Source: the human T2T-CHM13v2.0 reference genome, Homo sapiens. From it: 64,000 nucleotides of DNA. Position numbers and translations under genes: made by a program. The stretch lies in NCBI RefSeq assembly GCF_009914755.1, contig NC_060935.1. One strand, written 5' to 3'. This document shows positions 29,160 through 43,080 of this stretch, in pieces. The notes beneath the pieces are model-generated. The model did not search any database, was not told the origin of the DNA, and worked only from the letters and a program-made list of their open reading frames with translations. Positions within the stretch are counted from its first letter, which is position 1. Every line of letters begins with the position of its first letter.

Positions 29160-29712
29160 TTATTTTGAGATTCTTTTTTACATCTTTTAAAAGCAAGGTG
29201 TAGTACATGCTTATTATAACACAAAACATGACAAGCAAATAGTACAGGAACCTATTACATAGAAAGTGAAATTCCCTGTTTCCTTTCCTCTCTCTCCCAT
29301 CTCCCATCAATCCCTCTTTCTAGAATTAACTACCATTTATTTGGTTTGCATCCTTTTGGGTCTGTTCCATGCATTACTCAGACATTTACATTACATGCAT
29401 TTAACTCTTTTTTATACATATGAGCTGATACTGATGCATTCTTCTGAAACCTGCTTTTTTCATTTAATATAATGTGATAATGTGGTCACCTCTCCATGTC
29501 TATGCATACGTATTTACTTCCTCACCTTTAGTTAATGCATATTATTCCATAGTACAAAGGTACTTCCAGTTTTTTAACCAGTCCTCTGTTGATGGCATTT
29601 AGACCATTTCCACTTTTTCACTGCCACAAACAACATTGCAATTACCATCTTTTATGTACTGATAATTCTGCAAAATCACCCTCTGAAAAGATTGTAACAA
29701 TTTACACTTCTT
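29160..29712 (-). mobile_element. Old L1ME-type fragment
   Basis: atattattccatagta...ttaaccagtcctctgttgatggcatttag...ttgtaacaatttacacttc. Confidence 0.6.
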
Positions 29713-29964
29713 CATGATGAGCACAGTAGAAATCTTTCCCTTGCTTCTGGAAAGCCATTAATCGACTCCACTTTAAGAAATGCAGGAGGCAGAAGGTTGC
29801 CAACGCAAGCTGCATGTCCCTTCTGTCTATTCAGAATGGAACTGCCTGTTCTCACTGGGCTTGGGTGTGGTCCCTTTGTCTTGCAATATGCAAGCTGGAG
29901 CCCAGTCCTTGGCATGCTCTCCCAGCTGCCAGGTGTGAGGACCTGCCCTCAGTGCACAGGAGGC

Positions 29965-30552
29965 AGGCTCAGCTTACATGGTGATAAGGTCTCATTCACA
30001 GAGAAGCAGGCTTCACTCACATGGGATCAGGCTTCACCCACATGGAACCAGGCTTCACACACATGGAATCAGGCTTCATTCACATGGTAATCAGGCTTCA
30101 CTCATATGGGATCAGGCTTCACTCACATGGAACCAGGCTTCACCCACATGGAACCAGTCTTCATTCACATGGTAATCAGGCTTCATCATGTGGGATCAGC
30201 CTTCATTCACATGGGATCAGCCTTCATTCACATGATGATCAGGCTTCACTCACATGGAGTCAGCCGTCAATCACATGGGATCAGGTTTCACTCACATGGA
30301 ATCAGGCTTCACTCACATGATGATCAGGCTTCACTCACATGATGATCAGGCTTCACTCACATGGAGTCAGCCGTCAATCACATGGGATCAAGTTTCACTC
30401 ACATGGAATCAGGCTTCACTCACATGATGATCAGGCTTCACTCACATGATGATCAGGCTTCACTCACATGGAATCAGGCCTCAGTCACATGGGAACCACT
30501 GTAGGATCAGGTTTCACCCACATGGGGTCAGGCGTGGCTCACATGGTGATCA
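29965..30552. repeat. Minisatellite with 21-22-bp unit (ATCAGGCTTCACTCACATGG[A/G] / ...CACATGATG), roughly 27 copies
   Basis: Tandem units visible directly; a 5-unit 107-bp block is duplicated (gagtcagccgtcaa at 30257 and 30364). Confidence 0.97.
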
Positions 30553-31422
30553 GAGTTTGCAGTGTTTCTGCTTCTGCTGCCCCATGACTATCTCGAGAGA
30601 TCCCTTGAGTGATGCAGGGATCCCTAAATGAGCACAGAGCCATTGGTCATCCCTAATTTCCATAGAACAGTCTTTCTGTCTATCTGACAGGCTCTAGGTC
30701 CCTGGCTTTCCCTTTAGTTCCCCACTTGGACTGGAGCCCAACTGACCAGGGCTCCGCCCTCTTCTCTTTGCTCCCTCCAGCTCAGCACCAACCTTGGTGC
30801 CAGCACCCCCACTGACAATGATGGTGAGATTCTTGAGATTCATGCCACTCTCTCACTCCTCTACCTTCTGTTCTGGACTGGGTCAGAACTACCTCATTCT
30901 CCAGAATTGGGGATTTGGACAACTGAGCAGTCCCGCTTTTATCATAGCTGCCCAAGCATCTCTCTGCCAGCCTGTGCTTCCCACCTCGTGCAGTGCCAGG
31001 AACCAGGATGTCTCATGGCTGGCTTTATCTCACATTTCACTCATTCATTCAACAAATCTTTATGATATGCCACTGTACACCATGCACATTTTCTACCAAA
31101 CTGTAAATGTCCTAAAATAACTACATACGTATCAAGTTCTGTGTTTCTTTTGTAATATGGATGGCAAGTTATTGAAATTTTATGAATTCATTACTATAAA
31201 CCGGATACAGTTCAGTCCTCTTTCTGGAATAAATGCACTTCTAGACAGTTACCACTATAGCACTCTATCCCATCCCACTGATTGTATAATAAAAGTCAAC
31301 ATGTATTAAGTACTCTTCAAGTTTGGTCCAAGAGGCATACATGTGTTCGTTTAAATCCCCACCAGAACAACCCTATAAGTACCATTGTTATCACCATTTT
31401 ACAGGTGATGATCTGAAGTTAA

Positions 31423-31810
<388 letters not shown>

Positions 31811-32644
31811 CCCACACTGTTCATTGTTATGGCATTCTGCACCTCCATAGTGGTTCTCTACATGAGTTCCGTGGGCAGAAAACCAAAAAACTCATCAGGG
31901 GCAGCTTTGGGAAAGCCTGAAAGATAAAAGGGACAGAACCTAAAATGAGAGCAACAGTTCTGAGCTGTGACCAGTGAGATACCTTGGCGGGCTCAGTGAT
32001 CTGCAGATGGCAGGGCAGGGCATTTTGTCCAGCATTTTCCAGTGATGCCATGTGGTAGATCCTCAGAGGCCACTGCAGAGGCATGGAGATTTCAGCTTCA
32101 TCCTGCTGCCAAGAGTCCTACTGATGAGCAGTGGCCATCCAGACTTACTATTCCTTCAACTCCAGTCATCTCTAAGCTTGTCTGCATGGGGGCTACTAAG
32201 AGCTCACTGTGAGAACGAAGGTCAAGGACTCTGGGGTCAAAGTGTCTGGACCTATTCACCTCCTGGCTGTACCACTTCATAGATGTGAGATAAGTTACTA
32301 AACATATCTGTGCCTCAATTTTCTCAGGTATAAAATGGGGACAATAATAGTATCTTTCTCAGAGAGTTGTTGTGAGAGTTTATCTAATGAAATGTGTATA
32401 AAGTACTGAAAACGTCAATAAATACTATTTTTATGACTTCCCAAGGGCCTGCTGACCACTCTGGAACAGTTGAGGCAGTGAACATAGAGCCATGACCACA
32501 GACTTGCTAGGTGTTACAAGTTACTTAGTAGGTGTTACAAGGCACATCCAGAACAGGGGAAGGTGGCAACAGAATGGCATGAAAATAACTATATTAGTTT
32601 TCTAGGGCTGCTGAAACAAAGTCCAAAAACTGAGTGGTTTAAAC

Positions 32645-33285
<641 letters not shown>

Positions 33286-35109
33286 GTTTAAACAACAGAA
33301 ATTCATTGTCCATGGTTTGGAGGCTGAAAGTCTAACATTAGGGTATCAGTAGGTGAGTTCCTTTTCAGGGCTGTGCAGAAGGATCTGTTCTAGGCCTGTG
33401 TCCTTGGCACGGATGGCACCTTCTCCCTATGTCTCTCCACATTGTCTTCTCTTCACGCATGTCTCTGTGTCCAAATTTCTCCTTTTTATAAAAACACCAG
33501 TCATATTGGATTAGGCTCCACCAGAATGACCTCATTTTAACTTGATTACCTCTATAAAGATCCTATCTCCAAATAAAGTCACTCTCTAAGTAGGGCACTG
33601 GGGATGAGGACTTCAACATACGAATTGTCAGGTGATGCAATTCAACCCACAACAATGACTAATGAAAATTGTTACCATTCATTAGGCAGCTAACACATGT
33701 CAAGGATATAACTATGACTTTTTAGCACCCACAGCATATCTTCGGGTTATCTACTAAGAAAGTGGAGGTTCAGAGCATTTAAGTGACTTTCGAAGATTAT
33801 TATACAGTTAGCAACTGGCAGAGCCAGGATTTGGATCACAACTGTCTGATCAAACCCATGTTCTCTAAATGTCATTTAACAGTGTCCTTTTAGTTGGTTC
33901 CAACTAGCCAGTGACAGGATCGTTCTTGTGAAGGTGCCCATCTCTGGATCTCCTCTGTTCACATGCAGATCCACTCGGACTCCAGAAGATCGTAGACTCT
34001 CAAAGCAGGCAGGACCCTTTGATGTCATCCTTTCCACCCCCTACTTTACGGATGAGGAAACAGAGTCCCTAGGAGACTAGTTACTTGCAGGAGGTCACAT
34101 AGGAAGTGGGGATGTTCTGAATCTGCTCTCTACCCAACACTGCCTCTGCTGGAAGAAATTTTGAACTTTGCTGGTGGATCTAATTTATTTGGCAAATGGT
34201 TTCACAGATTTAAGCCATTTATACAAAATCATGAGATTAATCATTATTAATCAAACACAATCTGACACCGTATGAAATAGGCAAGGGATAGGTCTGTTAT
34301 GCAAGCATCCTGCAGCCTTAATTACTGAATGGCTGGAATGATGGTCGGCCCCTCACATTTATCACAAGAAACATTCAGCTTCTTAGATAACTCATTTTCT
34401 ATGCCAATGCTTTGAACAGTAAGAAATAAAGGAAACAGCAATCTGTGCTTGTCACAGGAGATGTTATCTAGAAAAGGAGGAACACATCAAATGTCCACAT
34501 CCACTCTCAGACTGCACACGCAGCATTGCTCCATAATAGGATCAATCTTCTCTCAATTACCAGCTCTGGGGCACAGCCACCTTGTTGAGTGTCTAGAGCA
34601 AATGTCCCCTGCCATGTGATAGACATATGGCATTCTGCTTTCTCTGTCCCAGAACAGAGACCAAGTTTCTCAGGATCATTAGGCAAATGTTAACAGAACT
34701 GAGACAGCAACACGACCACACGACCACAAGGCTTGCAGCATCAGGTGTGATTCTGTGAAAAGACCAAAGCCCTACTTGCTGATTCAGCTCTGCTTCTCAG
34801 AAACTGTACTTCCTGGGATAGATTCCTTCAGCTTCTGGGACTCAATTTCCTCATCTTCACCATGGGGGAAAGGGTTGCCTACATCACAGGTTGTGAGGAT
34901 TCAATAAGATGATGGCTGAGAAAGTGCACAGCGCAGTAGCTGGCGCTGAGTAGGGGCTTAAGTATTTTTTAATTAAAAATATATGGCAAATAATTTTCTT
35001 CCCTCTAAAGCTCATCTGCAGTAATCTATTCTTCCCTTATTCATACGCAAATAAGGAAGGACGGAGTTGTAAATATTATGGGCCTAACTTGGCCCATCTC
35101 TGTTCTAAT

Positions 35110-35124
35110 GCTGCCACCTGCTGG
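35110..35124 (-). promoter_or_regulatory. Candidate CTCF site
   Basis: Reverse complement CCAGCAGGTGGCAGC matches CCASYAGRKGGCRS; binding not shown. Confidence 0.55.
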
Positions 35125-35401
35125 ACAGCCAACAACCCACACAGGTATTTCAAGGGGATGCCCTGATACTAATGGGAGACAATCTCAGATGCATCTAGGC
35201 AAATCCTTCCTTCCCTAACACACTCCCCCTGGCCTCCATCCTTCAGATCTAGACCTAGTGCACCCCTGACTTATCGGATCCTGGGGTTGACTCACAACCT
35301 AATTTCCTTGGCAGGAGGTATTTTTCAGACAGTGTGACGTCTGCCTAATAGATCACAGCTCCCAGCATTGGGAACATGAGGACAGCTATGGGCTGAGTTG
35401 C

Positions 35402-35752
35402 CCAGGGAGTTCGAAACGAGCATGCGGCCTGCAGACATGTTTTGTTCAAACTGCATCATATTGGCCCACACTGTGTTTAATAAAATTCAAATTACCCACC
35501 AGCACATAAATATCAGATTTCACCTAAAAACGTGGATATTTTCAGCATGTTGTAAAATCTAAAGATATAGCAACACAAGATCCACACTCCTTCATGACAG
35601 CAATTAGCCAGAGCAACTGCTCCCTTCAGCCTGAGCATGGCCTCACCAGTGTGACACACTCCCTACCACTCCCTTTCGGACCTTTCCCTTGACCTGCTTC
35701 ACTTAGGTTACTCTGCCCTGGCCCTGGAGCCACAAAAATTGTTGTCTCCCTA
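35402..35752. mobile_element. MER102-like hAT-Charlie element
   Basis: ggcctgcagacatgttttgtt...attggcccacac...atcagatttcac...gcaactgctccctt...ggccctggagcc. Confidence 0.65.
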
Positions 35753-36209
35753 AACCAAAGCACAAAGCATTGCATAGACTAGGATGGCTAAATAGAGCAG
35801 CAGGAGTGAATAAAAGAATGATTTACACCTTAAAGTAATAATGTTAATAATTAGTAATTACCAAGCACTTACTTAGCTTGTGCCAGGCACAGAGGAAAGC
35901 ACTTTGACCCTAACTTTTTGACCCCAAATATATTTTCATTCCATGGTACATTTAAATCTCACATTTCTGCTCTTCTCATTTGCTTTGTTCTCTGTGCCAA
36001 GAAATATAAAATCCCTAACTCATCCAATTCTTAACAAATATTACCTGCAGAAAGAATCTGTTCGAAGTAAAACTAGCAATGGCAAAAGCTTCAAACAGTA
36101 AAATTTGTTACGACCAAAAAATAAAAATAAAAAAAGAATCCTACATCTTAGGTAATATTGAAAATAGAAAATTCGAACTAAAAATTTTCATATAAAAGAA
36201 TAGAATTTT

Positions 36210-36440
36210 TAATCCCAGCACTTTGGGAGGCCGAGGCAGGTGGGTCACTTGAGCCCAGGAGTTTGAGACCAGCCTGGGGAACATGACGCGACCCTGTCTC
36301 TACTAAAAATACAAAAATTAGCCAGGTGTGGTAGTGCACACCTGTAGTACCAGCTATTTGGGAGGCTGAGTGAGCCAAGATCATACCACTGCATTCTAGC
36401 CTGGGCAACAGAGCAAGACCACGTCTAAAAAAAATAAAAT
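36210..36440 (+). mobile_element. AluJ, 5'-truncated, with ~40-bp right-arm deletion
   Basis: Starts at taatcccagcac; junction gggaggctg|agtgagcc skips the ggatcgcttgagccc segment. Confidence 0.88.
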
Positions 36441-36699
36441 TTTCTTTACAAATTTTTACCTGTCAATTTTACCCAGGAGAATTGTACTTGCTAACAACAA
36501 TGGCCAAGAAGAAAACTCACAATAGTAAAAGTAATAATTAAACAAGATAAGAAAAAATGCTAATTACTGAGCCTTAAAAAAAATGTATGTGGAAAAAATT
36601 GACCTCAGTAGAAACAACTTCAGTAGAATAAAACTTTAAATTGGGAAAAATAAGAAATCACTTAAATGTATTGTATAGAAAATGGTTCAAGAAGTTATA

Positions 36700-39390
36700 C
36701 TGGGTCTATAATTCTTCCCTTCCCCCCTATATCATAGAAAATCCATGTCAATAGCCTAGCATGTATCCTTCCATATATTTCTCCATATTTATTTAATCTC
36801 TCATACTCACATTCATATTGAGGGAGGCTTTTCATTGATTGTCTTACAAAAATCTAATCATACTATGCACATTTCCTGACATCTTGTTTTTCTCACTGAA
36901 TAATATCTTACAGAAATCTCTTTCAATCAGACTGGGCTTATGCATAGAAAAGAAAGCCTATGAAAGGGATTGCTAGGTGGAAGGAATCCACCAGCACTTT
37001 TTATTTTTAAAAGAAGTTGTCAGATTACTTTCCAAAAGGACTGAAATAATTTACATTTCCTTGGTCAAAATTATGCAGGGGCCTTTTCCCTACATCTCAC
37101 CAGCAGGCGGCATGACTGCTGCTTCCCACTAGTCTGACGGGGTAATAATCTCCGTATTACTTTACTCTGCATTCTCTAACTTCTAATAAATTTGAGCAAC
37201 CTTTCCTATGTTTGTTGACAACTGAATTTGCTTTTCCACAAAGTGCCTATTTATAATACTTGGCCATTTTTTACTGGGATATTTGTCTTTTGCTTGCCAT
37301 TTGTAAGAGTTTATAGTATATTTTCATTACACATATTCTACCTGTCACCTGCGGTACAGTTATTCTTTTCAAATCACTTGCTTGTCTATTGACTCTGCCT
37401 ATGATATCTTTGCAATACAGGGGTGTGAATTTTTATGTGGTTAAATGTGATTAACCTCTTGTTAAAAGAGTCTTCCCCCATCATCTCGCATTCTTAGAAA
37501 ATCTAGGAAAGTAGTCCCCCAGATTATCCTGCAAGATATTATTGGTTAATGTTTTATATTTAGTTTATATGTCTCTATTTAACCTATTTTTTAATATGCA
37601 TAACATATGGGTCCAAAGTTTTCTTCCAAGTAGACAGCCAGTTGTGCTAGTATCATTTATTATAGAAACATACTTTCCCACTGAACTTAACTACCAAGAT
37701 GCTTATATATTCCAGAATCTACTTCCAGAGTCTTTATTTTCTTCTACTGATCTAGTTACTTGTTCCAATGCCAATACAATATTTAATTTATTAGTATGCT
37801 CTGAAACCTTTTAAACTCTCACTAGTCTTTTTATCATGTTTTGGGGGGCCATCTGGGGGCATTTGTTCTTCTATATAAATTTTAAGATCATTTTATCAAA
37901 TCCCCCCACACCAAAGCCACTGGGATCCTAATAGGAACAACATAAAACATATATATATATAAATTTTGGAAGAATTGACCATTTTTAATAATGTCTTCCT
38001 ATCCAAAAATATAGTGTTTTTATTTGTTTATATCTTGTTTTAGGTCCTTCTATAAGCTATATAACTTCTAATGAATTATCTGCTTCATGTAAGTCCTATG
38101 CCTTTCTTGTTAAATTTCCTTCTGTTCTATAATTTTGTTGTTATTAATTGAATACTTGTTAACATTTCCATTTGCAGCTTTTTAAATACTAGGTAAAAAT
38201 TAGTGATTTTTGTATATTTATCCTGCATCTATACACCTAGCTAAATTTTTTTTACCTCTAGGAGGTTTTTACTATAGTGTCCTGGATTTTCTATATATAT
38301 AACCATATGGTCAGGAAAAAAAGATTATTTTTCTCCTCTTTTTCAGGATTTTGACCAGTTGGATTATTTATTTATTATATTTGCAAGGACTTCCAAGGAA
38401 TGTTAACTAATAACAGCAAGAGCAGGCCTTCCTGTCAAGTTCTTAGTTGAACTTGGTTTTACCATTTCACCATTTGGGATATTTGTTATTAATTTTTGGT
38501 AAATAATATTTGTTTTATTGAGAGTTTTTATTATGAATAATTGCTACATTTAAGCAAATATCTGTTTTAATTTATATGTTGACTTTTCTCCTTTAACCTG
38601 TTTAACTTGTTGATTAATAAATTACGCTGGTCGAGGCCAGGTGCGGTGGCTCACGCCTGTAATCCCAGCATTTTGGGAGGCTGAGGTGGGCAGATCACTT
38701 GAGGCCAGGAGTTCAAAACCAACCTGGCCAACATGGTGAAACCCTGTCCCTGCTAAAAATACAAAAATTAGCCAGCCATGGTGGCACGTGCCTGGAATTC
38801 CAGCTATTCGGTAGGCTGAGGTACAAAAATGCCTTGAACCTGGAAGGCCAAGGTGGCGGTGAGCTGAGATGATCCCACTGCGCTCCAGCCGGGCAATACA
38901 GAGAGACTCTCTCAAAAACTAAATAAATAAATAAATAAAGTTGGTCAATTTCCTAATATTAAACTATGTTTGCATTCTTGAAGTAAACTATTTTTGTTTT
39001 AATACTCATTAGATACATTACTAGGATCTACTTGCTAATATTTAATTTAGAAATTTTACATTTATAATAACATGTGATCATTGTTTATGATCCAGATAGT
39101 GCATAAAACATTTGAATTACCTGTTCTTTAAAAATGAGATGAAACTCACTTGTATATCTGTCTAGTCCTATTGTTTTCTTCAATCATAGCTTTGTAATGA
39201 CTTTTCTAACATCATGTGTGGTAATTAGTAGTCACATTTTTTACTTCAGCTTACTCCTTTTGAAGATGTATTTTTTGCTGAGAAATCAACTATTGTATCT
39301 GTTTTCAAATGTATAGCCATAAAGATGCATGTAATACCCCTTACAATTGTTTTTATCTCTATCACTTCTAATTTTATAGTTTTCTCTTTT
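36700..39390 (-). mobile_element. Highly diverged L1M/L1ME sequence, interrupted by an Alu
   Basis: AT-rich antisense L1 motifs (ttttgtatattta.cctg; aattttggaagaattgac; ttgcaaggacttccaag). Confidence 0.65.
38635..38939 (+). mobile_element. AluS (Sz-like) with (TAAA)n tail
   Basis: Full dimer; gatcacttgaggccaggagttc. Confidence 0.92.
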
Positions 39391-40774
39391 TTCTTTAATC
39401 ATAGAACCAGTGTTGGAAGTCTAGTCTTTCTGCTTCCAGCCCTAGTCCTCACACCACTGCTCCATACCACAACCTTGGAGGCTAATTAAGGCTGAATCAA
39501 AACAATTTTGACTGATATGATGTAAAAGACTTAGTCAATTGAAGAAATCAGATTTTTACACAGTTCAAATTATTCTTATTTTTACTTTTAAAAAAAGCTG
39601 TCTTGGCATAAGTAGAATCAACAATAAGACATATCCATGCTTGGCAAAATCTTGGGAAATTTGAGTTCTTATTTAACAAGCAGATTCACTGTTTTCTTGA
39701 TCCTAAAACTGGTTTCTGACCAGCACTGATCATTTCCATGGAGGAAACAAAATCTATCTGAATCTGAATGTTATTTAATTCTTGAAAATGGTATTCAAAC
39801 TAACATGAGATTTTATTCAGTTTAATAAAATACTACCTAATTAGGAAGAAGCTTTACTACTATCTCTAGGGATATATTAATATCATTAAGAAGAACATAT
39901 GCTTGAAAATTATATGTACATTTATAATTTTGTTCCCTTCTGAATAGAAAAGACTATTTAATTAAGATTATTACTATCTTTAAAGTTTTTCTCAAGGGAA
40001 ATGGTCTTCATGCTAAGCTACATATCTTCTATGGAAAAAAAATTGTCTAAAAAACCCTGAAATTCTACAAGTACATATGCTCTGGTTGTATCCTAAGGAG
40101 AACTCCCTTCCTCCCTCCCTCATTATATTTCTATTGTACAATATCAACCAGGGTTGCTTGCATGTGCTTGCTTGCTTGCTCTGTGATGATTTTTAACAAT
40201 TTTTTTTATGAGCAAAGTGGAGAGATAAACCAATTCTTCATATAATTTATACCAAGAAAAAAAAAAGAAGAAGAAGAAGACAAAAGAATACGGAGCCTAA
40301 CAGGAGGGTGCAGAAAAGTCCACCTGCTGCAATCCAGACAAGGATACAGATGACTGCTCATCCATCCATTTTGCTTTGTCCTCAGTCTGAACATCTTCTC
40401 TTCCCCTATGGTGAGTGTATTTCCGTTTGTCCCATGCTCTTCTATTTCCCTTCTATTTCAGGGTTCCACTTTCTTACTTCCCTTGCCCTGTGTATAATCT
40501 GGCCTCTGCTGATACTGTTCTCCCAAAGACCACCTTCCCTGTTATAGGTGAAACTGTGTCACAGTTGGAAATTATATCTGCACAGTTAAAAATTATATCT
40601 GTCTTAACTGATTACATAATTATTATATAATTACTATAGAACCAGCGCTGAACGCTAGTCTTTCTGCTTCCAGCCGTAGTCCTCATGCCACTGCTCCTAT
40701 ATCGCACCCCTGGAGGCTAATTAAGCCTGAATCTATAAATGGAAATCATTTTGACTGATTTAAAAGACTTAGTC

Positions 40775-41830
40775 CTGGAACTTAAAATTAAATTAAATTA
40801 AATTAATTTTTTTAAAAAGACAAAATGACAGGGGGACTCACATGATATCAATCTTCAATCTCTTCTAAGTACATTTAAAAGCACTCCAGAAGCATCAGTA
40901 TACACATATCACAACATTCTTCATCCATTGTTGAGTCCAATTATTGTTGAATATTTTGTTTTTGCCAAATAGCTACCTTTGAGGAATTTACAACCTAGTA
41001 GCCACAAACTACAAATTTCCCTAGTTATAAATCATTCTGGTTATTGGATTTTTAATTATATCATACCGAGCATGTACAAAAGAAAGTTTTATATATATAT
41101 AAATTATGAAACATAACAATGAAATAAATATCCTATGAATCTACCACCTAGCCTAAGAACTAGAATATTCCCAATGTCCATGAATTAACCTGCAAGCCCC
41201 TTTATTATCCCCACCAGAACTAACCACTCTCCTGAAATTTTGCGTGTATCTTTCCTTTGCTTTTCTTATAGTGTTATTCCATATATATGCATTTCTAAAC
41301 ACTAAATTAAGCTTTGCTTTTTTCAAACTTTTTTTAATGGCATTGTGCTGTATGGAGTCTTTTGTGATCTGCTTTTCTTTATTCAGTATTAAGTTTTAAG
41401 ATTTGTTCATGCTATAGCTGTGTAGCTGTGATTTGTTCATCTTAACTACTGTATAATGCTTCATTTTATTTATCTAGTCTCATGATGATGGACATTTGGG
41501 ATGTTCCCATTATTTTTCTATTACAAATAGCACTGCTAGGAACATTTTTGCACATGTGTGGTGTTTATAAACAAGAGTTTCTCTAGGATATACCTAGAAA
41601 GAGAAATGCTGGGTCCTGGAGCATATTCATTTCCAAAATGGCTATATCAATTTATAGTTCCCTCAGTAAGGTATAGTTTTCCATTGATCTATATTCACTC
41701 CAATAGTTAATATCAGCAGATTTATCTTTTAAATTTTGTGGATTTAGTGAATGTGTAATGTTATCGCTATTTTAATTTATGTTTCCTTGATTATCAATAA
41801 AATTTAGCACATTATCATAAAAAAGAAATA
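40775..41830 (+). mobile_element. L1-mediated 3' transduction: L1PA 3' tip, ~1 kb of flank, A tail
   Basis: TSD aaaagacttagtc at 40762-40774 and 41831-41843 at a TT|AAAA site; starts ctggaacttaaaattaaattaaatt; AATAAA at 41796-41801 before an A-rich tail; empty site preserved in the duplicate at 39524-39536. Confidence 0.8.
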
Positions 41831-42228
41831 AAAAGACTTAGTCAATTGAAATCAGATTTTTACAAAAATCTGTGTATAATCTGACCACAGATCTGTGTAT
41901 AATCTGACCCTAGGTAAAATTTGACCACAGATTATAATCTGTGTATAATATGATCTGCAAAGATGCCAGCAAACCACCAGAAGCCTGGTCTGCAAAGATG
42001 CCGGCAAACCACCAGAAGCAAGGTGAGGGGCATGGAACAGATCCTTCCCACCCAGTTCTTGAAATTGTCACCTAATGCTGCAAAACTATAGTTCATTGAT
42101 CCTCTTCTGCTGTTTCTTCCCATCTTCTCTGACTTCTTTTCCTCCACCCCCCAAAAATGTCAGTGCCCTCAATTTTCTATCTAAAATCATTTTATATCTA
42201 AAATTATATAATAATATAAATATTATAT

Positions 42229-42580
42229 AATTAGTTAAGACAAGGTCATACTGGAGCAGGGCGGGCTCCTAATCCAATATGACCCGTATCTTTACAAAGA
42301 GGGGAAATTTGAACAGAGACATCCACACAGCGAAAATGCCATGTGAACATGAAGACAGAGATTGAGACGATGCATCTATAAGCCAAAGATGCTGGCAAAC
42401 CACCAGAAGTGAGGTGAGGGGCATGGAACAGATCCTTCCCTCACAGCCCTCACAAGGAACCAACCTTGGGACACCTTAATCTAAGACTTCCAGCCTTCAG
42501 AACTGGAAGACAATAAATGTTTGTTGTTTAAGCTGTCTCGTCTGTGGTACTTTGTTACAACAGCCCTAGCAAACTAATAT
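42229..42580 (+). mobile_element. MLT1B/C MaLR LTR, 5' end lost
   Basis: gttaagacaaggtcatactggag..ctaatccaatatgac...gcaaaccaccagaag...tgtggtactttgttacaacagccctagcaaactaata. Confidence 0.9.
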
Positions 42581-42869
42581 ATTCCCATTCCAAATTTAAC
42601 AGTATTTTCTCTATATTCATCCACATTAACTTCTCACCTCAATTATAACAGTGGCTACCAAGTCCTTGAAATTCTCGCCTAATGCTGCAAAACTATAGTT
42701 CATTTCTCCTCTTCCACTATTTCTATCCTCTCTGACTTCTTTTCCTCCACCCTCCCAAAATGTCAGTGCCCTCAATTTTCTATCATTGTACTACTAATCA
42801 TTTTCATTGTACTATTATCTACTAATAATCATTGTCATTATTAGTGGTAATAATTTTTAAAATGGTAGC

Positions 42870-43080
42870 TTTTATCAAGCAGTCATATGCTGGGCATCCT
42901 TCTAAATATTTTGCATATGTCATCTGATTTAATCCTCATAATCCCCTCCAAAGAAAAGGCTATATTACATCCCATCTTATAGATGAGAAAACTGAGGCTT
43001 AAAGAGGTTAAGTAACTTGTCTAAGGTCACACAAAGACTATGTGGCAGAGCTAGGATTCAAATTCAGGTCTGCCCTCTGA
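42870..43080 (-). mobile_element. MIR
   Basis: tttaatcctcataa...atagatgagaaaactgaggcttaaagaggttaagtaacttgtctaaggtcacaca. Confidence 0.85.

Noticed and set aside
29797-30631. Heptad-repeat ORFs (WNQASLT, HGIRLHS) and a superficial CRISPR-like look
   Set aside because: These are translations of the minisatellite; 22-bp units break the frame; there are no unique spacers and the context is eukaryotic
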